From Bdellovibrionales bacterium (GTDB taxonomy: Bacteria; Bdellovibrionota; Bdellovibrionia; Bdellovibrionales; JAUICD01): a DNA stretch of 64,000 bases. Shown piece after piece: positions 41,974 through 51,655 of the stretch (its first letter is position 1; each line of letters begins with the position of its first letter). The notes under the pieces are model-generated. The model saw nothing but the letters and a program-made list of their open reading frames with translations. It did not search any database and was not told the DNA's origin. A program made the position numbers and the translations under genes. Where the stretch lies: NCBI GenBank assembly GCA_965262715.1, contig OZ253553.1, forward strand, positions 544,001 through 608,000. Direction: 5' to 3'.

Positions 41974-42392
41974 AACAACCTTCCTTTTTGGTTTTTTTTA
42001 TTAAAATTTATTCTTTGTATTAAATACATCGGTTCATTGTATTAATTTATTAAATACTTTCTGATACATTTTATATCATAAAAGTCCTGTCACATTTAAA
42101 CTATATAACCGACTAATATTACAAAGAAAAAATACTGATATAGCTTTTAATATACAGGCTATTTCCATTCATTTAGACACAATATTTACAATCATCTCTT
42201 ATTTTAAATGTGCTTTTTTAAAACATTTTGTTTCACTGAAATGCATTTGATTTTACTTAATGTCATGAAAATAAAAACTGTTAAAGAAAATATCAGAACA
42301 GAACAAAATTTGTCATCTAAGAGAATTGCCTTAGTAAAGGATATAAAGAAAGACTTCTTCTTGAAATAAAAGGACTTTAAGAGAGTATTTTT

Positions 42393-42408
42393 TGGCACTA
42401 ACTTTGCA
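42393..42408 (+). promoter_or_regulatory. Putative sigma54 -24/-12 promoter
   Basis: TGGCAC-TAACT-TTGCA, a consensus match 43 bp upstream of the ATG. Confidence 0.6.
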
Positions 42409-42450
42409 CTTACTAAATATAAGCAATTAAGAAAGCAAGGAGATAATCTT

Positions 42451-42963
42451 ATGATGACAAAACAAAATAATAAGCAAATACAGTCTATTTTATACGTAAC
42501 ACTGTTATTCTCAACTTTAATACTTACCACAGGGTGCTTTGGTAAGCCTGACGGAGCTGTTGTTAATACTGGCGGCCACAGAATGGGTAACAATGGATAT
42601 CCTAATCCAAATCAACTAAATCAACCTCAAAATGGCTCATATATATCAAATTCTGTTTTTGAAAGCTTTGTAGGTGAGCCTTTAGTAGGAGCTGTTATAG
42701 ATATGACAGTTGAATTTTATGATAATGGTGATATTGTTACCATAGTTATATTGGACGAACATCCCTTACAAGATCCTTTTGAAGCTACCTTAAATTACAG
42801 CGGCCATGATCAAGGATTTGTCTCTTTTAGTGATGATACAGGTACAGTCTATTTTGAAATAACAGAGGATCCATCAGTTTCTCAGATTTACTTTGAAAAT
42901 ATAGATGGCACATCTGGTATCTTAGGAGATATTGATACTTGTAGAGTAGAAGGCACCTGCTGA
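42451..42963 (+). CDS. Hypothetical lipoprotein
   Basis: SD AGGAG, lipobox TTGC, acidic mature domain. Confidence 0.65.
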   Translation: MMTKQNNKQIQSILYVTLLFSTLILTTGCFGKPDGAVVNTGGHRMGNNGYPNPNQLNQPQNGSYISNSVFESFVGEPLVGAVIDMTVEFYDNGDIVTIVILDEHPLQDPFEATLNYSGHDQGFVSFSDDTGTVYFEITEDPSVSQIYFENIDGTSGILGDIDTCRVEGTC

Positions 42964-43061
42964 AACATCTTATAATCTTCAGCTGAGCTTTTTAAACCTC
43001 AAAAGTGACCTTTAGATTTTATACTTGCAAAGCTATGGTTATTTGAGTAAATGAGTGTATT

Positions 43062-43790
43062 ATGCTTCACACTCAAAACAGTAATACTCTACAAAGCCAG
43101 CATTCATCAATCAATAAAGCAACTATTGGCCTTATAGATTCCTGGAAGAATCTACTTTTAGAAGAGTTTGACAAAGACTATATGAAAGAGCTGAAGGCCT
43201 TTTTAGCTTCAAGATACTTAGCACAAAAGACTATATATCCTCAAAAAAATCAAATTTTTAATGCTTTCAATATAACTGCCTTTGAATCAGTTAAAGTTGT
43301 TCTTTTAGGCCAAGATCCCTACCATAACCCTTTTCAAGCTCATGGACTTAGTTTTTCTGTGAATAAGGGCATTAATCTACCTCCATCGCTTAAAAATATC
43401 TTTCAAGAATTAAAAGACGACTTAAACATCAATAACAATCAACATGGAGATCTTTCTCATTGGGCAAAACAAGGCGTACTTTTACTTAACTCTATTTTAA
43501 CAGTTGAAAGAGGGAAGCCAGGATCACACCAAAACAGAGGATGGGAGAGGTTTACAGATGCTATTATCCAAAAATTAAATGATAAAAGAGATCATTTAGT
43601 TTTTCTCTTATGGGGAAGCTATGCAAAAAATAAAGGACAACTTATAGATACCACTAAACATTTAGTGCTCACTGCGCCTCACCCATCTCCTTTTTCAGTA
43701 CATAAGGGGTTTTTTGGTTCCAGGCCTTTTTCAAAAATAAACTCTTACCTCACAAGGCGAGATCAAAAACCTATTGATTGGACTAATTAA
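43062..43790 (+). CDS. ung: Uracil-DNA glycosylase (family 1)
   Basis: GQDPYH, PPSL, GVLLLN and HPSPFS. Confidence 0.96.
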   Translation: MLHTQNSNTLQSQHSSINKATIGLIDSWKNLLLEEFDKDYMKELKAFLASRYLAQKTIYPQKNQIFNAFNITAFESVKVVLLGQDPYHNPFQAHGLSFSVNKGINLPPSLKNIFQELKDDLNINNNQHGDLSHWAKQGVLLLNSILTVERGKPGSHQNRGWERFTDAIIQKLNDKRDHLVFLLWGSYAKNKGQLIDTTKHLVLTAPHPSPFSVHKGFFGSRPFSKINSYLTRRDQKPIDWTN

Positions 43791-43937
43791 TGATTTCTAT
43801 AAATGATCTAAAAAAAATAATGATTTTTAGCTTGCCTTATATTATTTTTAACATAAGTATATAAAAGTACATCTCATATTGTTTGATATTGTTGAGATAT
43901 AAATCATTTAATAAAATATAATTGTTAGGAGGTAAAC

Positions 43938-44192
43938 ATGAATTTTTTTAATCTTTTAAAAACTGTATCTTTCTTATCTTTGTTGTTGGCTTTTATTTCA
44001 ACCACTTCTTGTACTAGAAATCAGGAAGAAGCTGCTGAAGAAACAATGGAAGAGCCAACAGTAGAAGAGGCAGTAGTAGAAGAACCAGTAGCGGAGGAAG
44101 AGCCACCAGCAGAAGAACCTACTACTGAGGAAACAACTGACACAACAGAAGGTGCAGAGAATAAAGAAGAAGTGGAAGAAAAAACAGAATAA
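43938..44192 (+). CDS. Small acidic lipoprotein
   Basis: SD AGGAGG, lipobox TTSC, Glu-rich tail. Confidence 0.7.
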   Translation: MNFFNLLKTVSFLSLLLAFISTTSCTRNQEEAAEETMEEPTVEEAVVEEPVAEEEPPAEEPTTEETTDTTEGAENKEEVEEKTE

Positions 44193-44246
44193 TTACAAGT
44201 TAAGAAATCAATGCATTAAATAGGGCGCGTATTTCAATTAAAGTGC

Positions 44247-45023
44247 TTATTTTTGAATTTTTTCAAAAAATTTGTAGAAATGATGATTTCGAGCTTGAAA
44301 GTAAATATGTCCAAAGTCTTCTGTTGAAAGTAGATTAATTCCGTTTATTTTTAAAAGCTTAGAAATAAATGGATGTGGATGTCCGTATCTTTTTTTTCTG
44401 GCACTGCTGATTGCGGTACCTCCTTTTTTCAAGGACTTTACCAACTCTTTTGAGGTACTATTTTTAGATCCATGATGTCCTAAAATCAGATATTGACTTT
44501 TTTTATTAAAAAGTGAGTTTAAAATAGGAAGCCACTTTTGATCTGTTTTTTTAGAGCCATCTCCAGGAATAATAATAAGAGAATTAAAAAAGACACGCGA
44601 CCAGTTGTTACTTGTTTTAATAGAGCCTTCTGGTGAATAAGCATAGAAGGGTATGTTAGAAGTGTTTTTGCAAGAAGGTAGAGTAGAGAGAAATTGTCTT
44701 TTATAAGATGAAGATGGGCCATTTGGAAGATAAAGGATACAAGAGTTTAAGACAGTTCTTGCCAATTTACGAGTAAGTCCTATATGATCCCAATCCCAGT
44801 GAGAGAAAGAGAAAATATTATCTTTATTTTTGCAATATTTTTTAAACTTTTTATAGTCAAAAAATTCTCCTCCTGCATCAAAATGATAACATATATGATT
44901 ATCTATATAAGATACACATTGGCCTTGGCCTACGTGCCATACAACCCAAAAAGGCAGGACCCCTTCATTGATTTGTTGACAAAAGCAAAAGATATAAAAA
45001 GTAGTAGATAAAAAGTATTTCAT
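44247..45023 (-). CDS. ComEC-associated metallo-beta-lactamase-fold hydrolase
   Basis: HVGQGQ, SHWDWDH, GHHGS and YGHPH. Confidence 0.85.
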   Translation of the reverse strand: MKYFLSTTFYIFCFCQQINEGVLPFWVVWHVGQGQCVSYIDNHICYHFDAGGEFFDYKKFKKYCKNKDNIFSFSHWDWDHIGLTRKLARTVLNSCILYLPNGPSSSYKRQFLSTLPSCKNTSNIPFYAYSPEGSIKTSNNWSRVFFNSLIIIPGDGSKKTDQKWLPILNSLFNKKSQYLILGHHGSKNSTSKELVKSLKKGGTAISSARKKRYGHPHPFISKLLKINGINLLSTEDFGHIYFQARNHHFYKFFEKIQK

Positions 45024-45910
45024 AATAACCTTGATTTTTTTACAGGTGGTCTAACAAAGGAGAAATACAGACAGATAAAGAGATGCAAGCTTAATAAGTA
45101 AAAAAAACCTTGTTGTAAGCTGAGATGAGCTTCTGGTTTGAAAAGTGGTAGCTCTTTGGCAATGATATTTAAAAAATACAACAAAAAGGACCAACTACCA
45201 TCTACAACTATTACAAATGGGGAAATAAACACACTCAATAATGTTAAAGGGAAGAAAAAAAGACCAAATAGAGGTAGAAATAGAGTATTTATCAAAATAC
45301 TTACCGGATGAGGATGGCTCATGCTTCCAAGTAAAGGAGCCATCATCAAATAGACAATAAGGTTTCTTGCAAGTAGGCTTTTATCTTTACCTAGTGCCAA
45401 AGCCAAAGAAGCAGCCCAACTCAATAAAAAAGAAAAAGAATTGTACCAGTGAGAAAAAAATAACAGGGCTATAAACGAAACATACCAAACAGAAAGTGTA
45501 TGATTCCAATTGAGAGCAAAGCGTTTTCTAATAAAAGTTATAATAAGAGAAAACCATGCTCTAACAACTGGAGGATTAAGGCTTGTGCTAAGAGCGTAGA
45601 TGGCTAAAAGCACAGCCTGAAAAATAAAAGGCATTTTTATTTTAGACAGCGCATTACGTAAACCACTTAAATGCATTCCAGAGACAACAAAAATATGCAA
45701 GAGTCCTGTTGTTACAAACATTTCACGCAAGCCTAAATCTTCAATCCTTTTCCCACAAACTAAAGCCTCATACACTTGAGGAAATTTTGTCTGAGGGAGC
45801 AGTGACAAACATTTATGATGCAAGAAGTTAATAGGCAGATCCAATAAATCTTTAGGATCTATTTGAAGGATATGAAAAGAAATTAAGAAAAATAAGAGAC
45901 TCAACCACAT
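45020..45910 (-). CDS. comEC: ComEC/Rec2 competence membrane domain
   Basis: TGLLHIFVVSGMH, PPVVRA and SFLLS; ATGA overlap with the MBL gene. Confidence 0.85.
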   Translation of the reverse strand: MWLSLLFFLISFHILQIDPKDLLDLPINFLHHKCLSLLPQTKFPQVYEALVCGKRIEDLGLREMFVTTGLLHIFVVSGMHLSGLRNALSKIKMPFIFQAVLLAIYALSTSLNPPVVRAWFSLIITFIRKRFALNWNHTLSVWYVSFIALLFFSHWYNSFSFLLSWAASLALALGKDKSLLARNLIVYLMMAPLLGSMSHPHPVSILINTLFLPLFGLFFFPLTLLSVFISPFVIVVDGSWSFLLYFLNIIAKELPLFKPEAHLSLQQGFFYLLSLHLFICLYFSFVRPPVKKSRLL

Positions 45911-45925
45911 ATCTCAAGAAAAATA

Positions 45926-45941
45926 AGCAATTTTGGTGCCA
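45926..45941 (-). promoter_or_regulatory. Putative sigma54 -24/-12 promoter of comEC
   Basis: TGGCAC-CAAAA-TTGCT on the minus strand. Confidence 0.55.
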
Positions 45942-46300
45942 ATTAAAAACCTGTTTTTTGGCAGTTTCAGGTCCGTAATTCATACAATGTGCTGTTTCCC
46001 TAAAAATAGGTCCATTCTTGAGACATAGGTTACAGTTTATTTAAGAAGACATAGATAATACTTTTTATTTTATACGCTAGATGCACTTTCTTAAAATATT
46101 TTTATTTATCCGGGAAACTGGCAGTTTGTTTCCGAGAACTGTCTTCCGGATTTCCGGGAGCTAGATCCCGGACAAATGAAAGGGCCCATTCTGGAGACAT
46201 AGGTAACAGATTCTTCAAGACAATATGTCTAGCTACTCATTTGAATATTCAGATAAGTTCTTTTTTTCACACTTGATTTCTCGACATCATTTCTATTTAT

Positions 46301-47110
46301 TTGTATGGTAAATTTATGTTGATGATTTTTGTATCCACTTTATTTCTTATGATTCATTTAAACGGCACTACAGTCATAGCTGTATCTGATGTAGATATAA
46401 TATTAGGGAAAGGTTTAAAGAACTATCAACAAGGTCAGTATGTAGAGGCTCAAAATGCATTTCAATCTCTCTTAGAATCATATCCTAATAACCCTACCTT
46501 GCTCTTTAATTTAGGTTTAGCCCATTACCGACTAGGACATTATGGTTTTGCAACAGGCTTGTGGCATAAAGTGCTTGATCAAAACCCTTATTTTGTAAAA
46601 GCGACTGAGGCCATCAATTTTACCCAAAAACAAATATCTATTCAAGGACCATCAAGCCAAACTTCGTGGGGAGAAAGAATTAGAAAATGGGTGTTAGTTT
46701 ATATTCCCTGGGATGTCTGTTTATTTTTAACAGCTATTTTTGGTTTCTTTTTTTTATGGCTAAAAATCAAGTATCTTGCTATTTGCAGATTTGTTGTAAA
46801 AAAAGGTGATGAACGCCCTGCTATACCGACAAGTTTAATTGTTCTAGGTCTTACTTTTGTATTTGTTCTTTTTGTAACCCTGATGAAGGTAAAAGATCAT
46901 ACAACCCTAAGAGCTATTACTATATCCCCTAAATCTCTTGTTTATGTCAGTCCTAGTCAAGAGACAGCTTCTTTATTTGAGCTATCTGAAGGTTCACATG
47001 TTATTATAGAGCAAGTCAACAACAATTGGGTCCAAGTTATTGATCTAAAAGGACAAATAGGCTGGGTTCAACAGAAAGATATCTTTCATTATGCAGGTGA
47101 AAAACTATGA
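46301..47110 (+). CDS. TPR + SH3 domain membrane protein (BatE-like)
   Basis: TPR LFNLGLAHYRLG, two TM helices and an SH3b-like WVQV...GQIGWV. Confidence 0.75.
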   Translation: MYGKFMLMIFVSTLFLMIHLNGTTVIAVSDVDIILGKGLKNYQQGQYVEAQNAFQSLLESYPNNPTLLFNLGLAHYRLGHYGFATGLWHKVLDQNPYFVKATEAINFTQKQISIQGPSSQTSWGERIRKWVLVYIPWDVCLFLTAIFGFFFLWLKIKYLAICRFVVKKGDERPAIPTSLIVLGLTFVFVLFVTLMKVKDHTTLRAITISPKSLVYVSPSQETASLFELSEGSHVIIEQVNNNWVQVIDLKGQIGWVQQKDIFHYAGEKL

Positions 47111-47655
47111 TAAATGATCTTTGGGTGAATCTCTTTAAAAAAACGAATAAAGAAGATCATCATTTAGCTATTTTAAGAAAAAATATACTTTTTGAGACTC
47201 TCAACAAATCAGAGCTTTATTTCGTTAGCAAAACCATCCATGAACGTAGCTATCATACTGAGGAAGTTATTTTTCAGCAAGATAGCTTAGGAACAGGAAT
47301 GTATGTGATCGTTAAAGGAAGTGTTGATATTTTTATTAAAGAAATGGATCCAAAACAAGGAACTATTCACAGCGTACACGTAGCTCACCTTATAGAAGAA
47401 GATTTTTTTGGAGAGATGTCTTTGGTAGAAGAAGATAATAGACGAACTGCAACAGCTGTAGCCGTTGAAAACACAACTCTGATAGGGTTTTTCAGACCAG
47501 ACTTACTAGAGATTGTAAACAGAAACCCTATAATAGGAGGGAAGATCACTTTCCAGTTAGCAAAAATCCTGTTGCGTCGATTGCAAGCCACAACAAGTAA
47601 GATCACGCACCTTAAAAAAGAGTTAAAAGTTTTGGCAAGTTTTCAAAAAAAATAA
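47107..47655 (+). CDS. Cyclic nucleotide-binding domain protein
   Basis: GMYVIVKGSV, FFGEMSL and RRTATAVA. Confidence 0.85.
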   Translation: MINDLWVNLFKKTNKEDHHLAILRKNILFETLNKSELYFVSKTIHERSYHTEEVIFQQDSLGTGMYVIVKGSVDIFIKEMDPKQGTIHSVHVAHLIEEDFFGEMSLVEEDNRRTATAVAVENTTLIGFFRPDLLEIVNRNPIIGGKITFQLAKILLRRLQATTSKITHLKKELKVLASFQKK

Positions 47656-47690
47656 GATACACAAAGAAGTATGATCAAAAAGGCTTTTGA

Positions 47691-48806
47691 ATGGCTTTAA
47701 ACACATCAACCAATGATAAAATGTATCCCAATATATATCAAAGAGACTTTCTCGTTCATACAGGTATGCGGCGTGAGACATGGTGGAAGTTAACAGTTAT
47801 TACAGGAATTGTTCTCTTATTCATCACGGTACTTGTGACAGTAGACAACATGCTCTCATCCTTTATATTTGCTTTTGCAATCAGCTATGTATCTGAACCT
47901 CTTATCAGTTATTTTGAACGTAGAGGAGTCAGGCGCACTTTTAGCATCTCTTTATATTTTATCTTTACTGGCCTTATTCTAACTATTTTAATCGTCAAGT
48001 TAGCTCCTCTTATCACTCAACAAGCGACTCTTTTACAGTCAGAAATACCCAAATATGTTGAAGGCATCACACAATTTTTATTCATTTTAGAAAGTAACCT
48101 TTCAGGTCCGTTCTCTTCTGTTTATGATCTTCAATTTAGTTCTAGTATAGGAGGTCTTTTTCAAAAGTGGATTGAGCTTTTTATTGGAAGCGTCCCTGTT
48201 ATTGCTCAAAATACAGTAACTATTCTTATTTTATCTCCTTTTTTGGCCTTTTTTCTTTTAAAAGATGGACAGGTCATGCGTAAAAAATTCTTAACACTAG
48301 TACCTAATCTGTTTTTTGAAATGGCTCTTAATCTCACTCATAACCTCAATCTCCATATAGGAGGCTTTATCCGTGCTCGTCTCCTTGAAGCCATGATTGT
48401 TGGCCTTGTGGTTTTTTTAGGACTAACCATCGTTCAATTTCCCTACACAGCTTTTTTAGCATTATTTGCAGGTATTACAAATCTGATTCCTTATATAGGG
48501 CCTATTATTGGAATGATTCCAGCCTATATGATTGCGCTGGCTGGTGAGAATTTAGAAATCACTATTTTACTGATAACTTTTGTGTATTTAATTGCACAGC
48601 TTATTGATGTTTTCTTTATTATTCCTCTTGTGGTCGCAAGAATTGTAGACTTGCACCCCATAACTGTTGTTGTCGTTATCATTATTGGGTCTCAGGTTAT
48701 GGGAGTTCTTGGAATGATTATTTCAATTCCTGTGATAAAGTGCATTAAATTAACTGTTTCAACGATTTACACACATCTTGTCGAGTTTAAGTCAGAGCAT
48801 GTATAA
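47691..48806 (+). CDS. AI-2E family transporter
   Basis: NLIPYIGPIIG and LHPITVVVVIIIG; multi-TM. Confidence 0.88.
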   Translation: MALNTSTNDKMYPNIYQRDFLVHTGMRRETWWKLTVITGIVLLFITVLVTVDNMLSSFIFAFAISYVSEPLISYFERRGVRRTFSISLYFIFTGLILTILIVKLAPLITQQATLLQSEIPKYVEGITQFLFILESNLSGPFSSVYDLQFSSSIGGLFQKWIELFIGSVPVIAQNTVTILILSPFLAFFLLKDGQVMRKKFLTLVPNLFFEMALNLTHNLNLHIGGFIRARLLEAMIVGLVVFLGLTIVQFPYTAFLALFAGITNLIPYIGPIIGMIPAYMIALAGENLEITILLITFVYLIAQLIDVFFIIPLVVARIVDLHPITVVVVIIIGSQVMGVLGMIISIPVIKCIKLTVSTIYTHLVEFKSEHV

Positions 48807-48887
48807 AAACATAAGTCACAGTAGGAACGTGGGAGGAAACTGGCAATCCGGCGGCAGACTGCTGTAGGGAACTAATTCCCAGCTTGC

Positions 48888-49297
48888 CAGAGGCTTGCCT
48901 CGAGAGGCTTGCCTTGAGAGGTTCGCCTTGAGAAGGTCAGAGGTATTTTTAGGGATACAGCTTTTAACATTGTGTCAAAGAACGAAAAGAGTCTCTTTCC
49001 TCAAAATGAACAGATTTTTGAGGCGGTTAGCATTTTATTGAAGGCGTGAGCCTTCATGCTGACCGCCAAAAAATGGTCAGAGGCTCATCTCAAGAGACCA
49101 GCTCATTTTTAGAGGAAGAGGTAGTAAGAGGAACTTTCCCTTAACATCATATTAAAAAACGAGGGGAGTCTCCCTAGTAAAAATGAACGGATTTTTGAGA
49201 CGGTTAGCATTTTATTGAAGGCGTGAGCCTTCATGCTGACCGCCAAAAAATGGTCAGAGGCTCACCTCAAGAGACTAGTTCATTTTTAGTGAAACAG
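48888..49297 (+). repeat. Mini tandem array of family D (one partial and two complete units, 177-bp period)
   Basis: Two copies of cggttagcattttattgaaggc-gtga-gccttcatgctgaccg with aaaatgaac/ttcatttt ends and a ttaacat flank. Confidence 0.85.
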
Positions 49298-49361
49298 TAT
49301 TTGACTTTTTAACGGTACAGTTTATATATTCAATAGGTGTTTTATTTATAGGGTACTTTCA

Positions 49362-50267
49362 ATGATGGCAAGATGGGTATTATTACTTTTTTATGTAAGT
49401 TTTATTGGTTGTTCTTCTGTTCAGAACAATGAGGTGGGTTCTGCTGCAGATGCTAAGATTTTATTTCAAAAAGCTATGGATTTAAAAGAGAAGCGTTATT
49501 ATGAAGAGTCCTTAGAAGTATTTACAAAGGTGAGAGATCAATATCCTCATTTAGATTATAGTGTAAAGTCAAAGCTAGAAATGGCCAATATTTATTTTAA
49601 ACAGAGGGAATACATATTTGCTCAAGGTTCTTATGAAGTTTTTAAAAAGTTACATCCTAACCACCGGCCTGATTATGTGTTTTATCAATTAGGACTATCT
49701 TATTACCACAGCTTACCAGGAGCTATTGATAGGGACCTTTCTCTCGCAGTCAAATCTGTTGATTATTTCCATGAGCTTTTAACGAGGCATCCTCAATCTG
49801 AGTTTGCTAAGGATGGACAGGCTAAGTTAAGAGAGGTACAAAAAAAACTAGTTCAAAAAGAACTCTACATTGCTGATTTTTATTTTAAACAAAAGACATA
49901 TAAAAGTGCTTTGTTACGTTACACCCAGATGATTCATGATGCAGTCTATGCTGATTATTGGCAATCTCTTCTTAAAAATACTTCTTCTCTTAAGGGTTGG
50001 ACCAAAACGATAGACAATGCAGACCAAATAGCAAAACTACCAGGTGAGCAAAAAAAACAGCAATTATATAGAAATACTTTATTAAAATACTCTCAAGAGG
50101 GTTATTCTTATTTATTACCAAAGCTTCTTTTTAGAGGGGGGATCAGCGCAGCAGAAGTTAATGAGAAAACACAAAGCAAATACTACTTTGATATATTAAA
50201 ACTCAATTTTCCTACATCTGCAGAAGCTCAAAAGGCGCAAAAGGCAATTCAAAAATATGAATTATAA
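49362..50267 (+). CDS. bamD: Outer membrane protein assembly lipoprotein BamD
   Basis: Lipobox FIGC, TPRs, LHPNH, IDRD and KELYIADFYFK. Confidence 0.85.
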   Translation: MMARWVLLLFYVSFIGCSSVQNNEVGSAADAKILFQKAMDLKEKRYYEESLEVFTKVRDQYPHLDYSVKSKLEMANIYFKQREYIFAQGSYEVFKKLHPNHRPDYVFYQLGLSYYHSLPGAIDRDLSLAVKSVDYFHELLTRHPQSEFAKDGQAKLREVQKKLVQKELYIADFYFKQKTYKSALLRYTQMIHDAVYADYWQSLLKNTSSLKGWTKTIDNADQIAKLPGEQKKQQLYRNTLLKYSQEGYSYLLPKLLFRGGISAAEVNEKTQSKYYFDILKLNFPTSAEAQKAQKAIQKYEL

Positions 50268-51003
50268 TCAAAATGACAGTATCGACAATAATTTTGATGA
50301 ACTCTTAGACCTTGCAAGACAAAATTTTATTGAAGGTCGGTACAGACAAGCAGAGCCAATACTTCAACAGGTTTTGTTAAAAAATAATAAAGAACCTGAA
50401 ATTTTCCAAATGCTAGCTACTATTTACTATGATCGAGGAAAATTCAATAAGGCCATTAAAACTTTTAAGAGGGCTTTAGAAATTGACCCTTCCTACACGG
50501 ATGCCTCTGTGGGTTTATCTATTATTTTAAATGACTTAGGCCGTTATGAAGAAGGTCAAGAGGTATTTGAAGTAGCTCAAAAGGTTTTAGAAGAAAAAAA
50601 GAAAAAAAATGATCCATTTATCGATAAACTAATAGCTCAAAAACATGAGGAGTTAGGTGATATTTATTTTGACAATAAAAGATATAAAGAAGCTATTGAA
50701 GAGTTTTTAAAAGCAAGGCAGCTGAGCGAAACAAAGGTTGATATCCATTTAAAAATGGTGGATGCTTTGATAAAGGATGAACGTCCTTTTGATGCTGTCA
50801 AGCAGCTGCGCCAGATGATTGCAGACCACCCTGAGTGCTTTATGGCAAGGCAAAAGTTAGGTCAGCTTTATTATGATGCAGGCAGAGTGGTGGATGCGAT
50901 TGAAACATGGGAGTCTGTTTTGTTACATGATCCTCATAATTTGCTGGCAAAAACTTCTCTTAAATTAGCTTCTGAAGCAAAACTCACAGTTTCTAAAGTG
51001 TGA
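50257..51003 (+). CDS. Tetratricopeptide repeat protein
   Basis: Multiple TPRs, e.g. LATIYYDRGKFNKAIKTFKRALEIDP. Confidence 0.85.
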   Translation: MNYNQNDSIDNNFDELLDLARQNFIEGRYRQAEPILQQVLLKNNKEPEIFQMLATIYYDRGKFNKAIKTFKRALEIDPSYTDASVGLSIILNDLGRYEEGQEVFEVAQKVLEEKKKKNDPFIDKLIAQKHEELGDIYFDNKRYKEAIEEFLKARQLSETKVDIHLKMVDALIKDERPFDAVKQLRQMIADHPECFMARQKLGQLYYDAGRVVDAIETWESVLLHDPHNLLAKTSLKLASEAKLTVSKV

Positions 51004-51032
51004 TCATATTAAAATAAAAAAAGAGAGAAAAG

Positions 51033-51593
51033 ATGATAAATAACAGAAGAGATAAAATTTCAAGAGTTATGAAGGAAGATTTAACTCTTTATATCACAAA
51101 ACAAGAAATCGATGAAATGGTCACTAGACTTGCTAAGGAAATTCAAGATGAATACCAAGAAGATGAAGTTATTTTGATTTGTCCACTTAAAGGCTCTTTT
51201 TTATTTGCAGCCGACCTTATAAGAAAAATGAACTTGCTCCTCAAAATAGATTTTATAAAACTAACAAGTGCATCTTTAGAAAATGAACTTAATGATGGTA
51301 CCATTAAAATAATTAAAGATATTTCTCTTAATGTTTTGAATAAAAACATTCTAATTATAGAAGAGATTATTGATGAGGGCCGTATCCTCAATTTTTTAAA
51401 AAACAGATTGTTAGACAGTCATCCAGCTTCTATTAAGATCGCCACTCTCTTGAACAGACCCGCGAGGCGATTGATTAATATCCAACCTGACTTTATTGGG
51501 AAGGTCATTGAAGACCGTTTTGTTATCGGTTATGGCTTAGATGATAATGAAATTGGACGTAATTATGCAGATATTTACCATTTCAAGCAATAA
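51033..51593 (+). CDS. hpt: Hypoxanthine phosphoribosyltransferase
   Basis: LKGSFLFAADL, ILIIEEIIDEG and FVIGYGLD. Confidence 0.85.
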   Translation: MINNRRDKISRVMKEDLTLYITKQEIDEMVTRLAKEIQDEYQEDEVILICPLKGSFLFAADLIRKMNLLLKIDFIKLTSASLENELNDGTIKIIKDISLNVLNKNILIIEEIIDEGRILNFLKNRLLDSHPASIKIATLLNRPARRLINIQPDFIGKVIEDRFVIGYGLDDNEIGRNYADIYHFKQ

Positions 51594-51655
51594 AGAATTA
51601 TTAAAATAGAGAGAAATCTTATAAGTTCATACCTAGTTAAGAGCTTTTAATAGAT

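Noticed and set aside
44247..45910. comEC as a frameshifted pseudogene
   Set aside because: Both ORFs are intact with an ATGA overlap, and the second has its own hydrophobic N-terminus, consistent with a natural split.
46010..46210. Two copies of ccattct.gagacatagg..acag resembling IS481-type ends
   Set aside because: They are short, in the same orientation and lack a transposase or target duplication, which is too weak to call.
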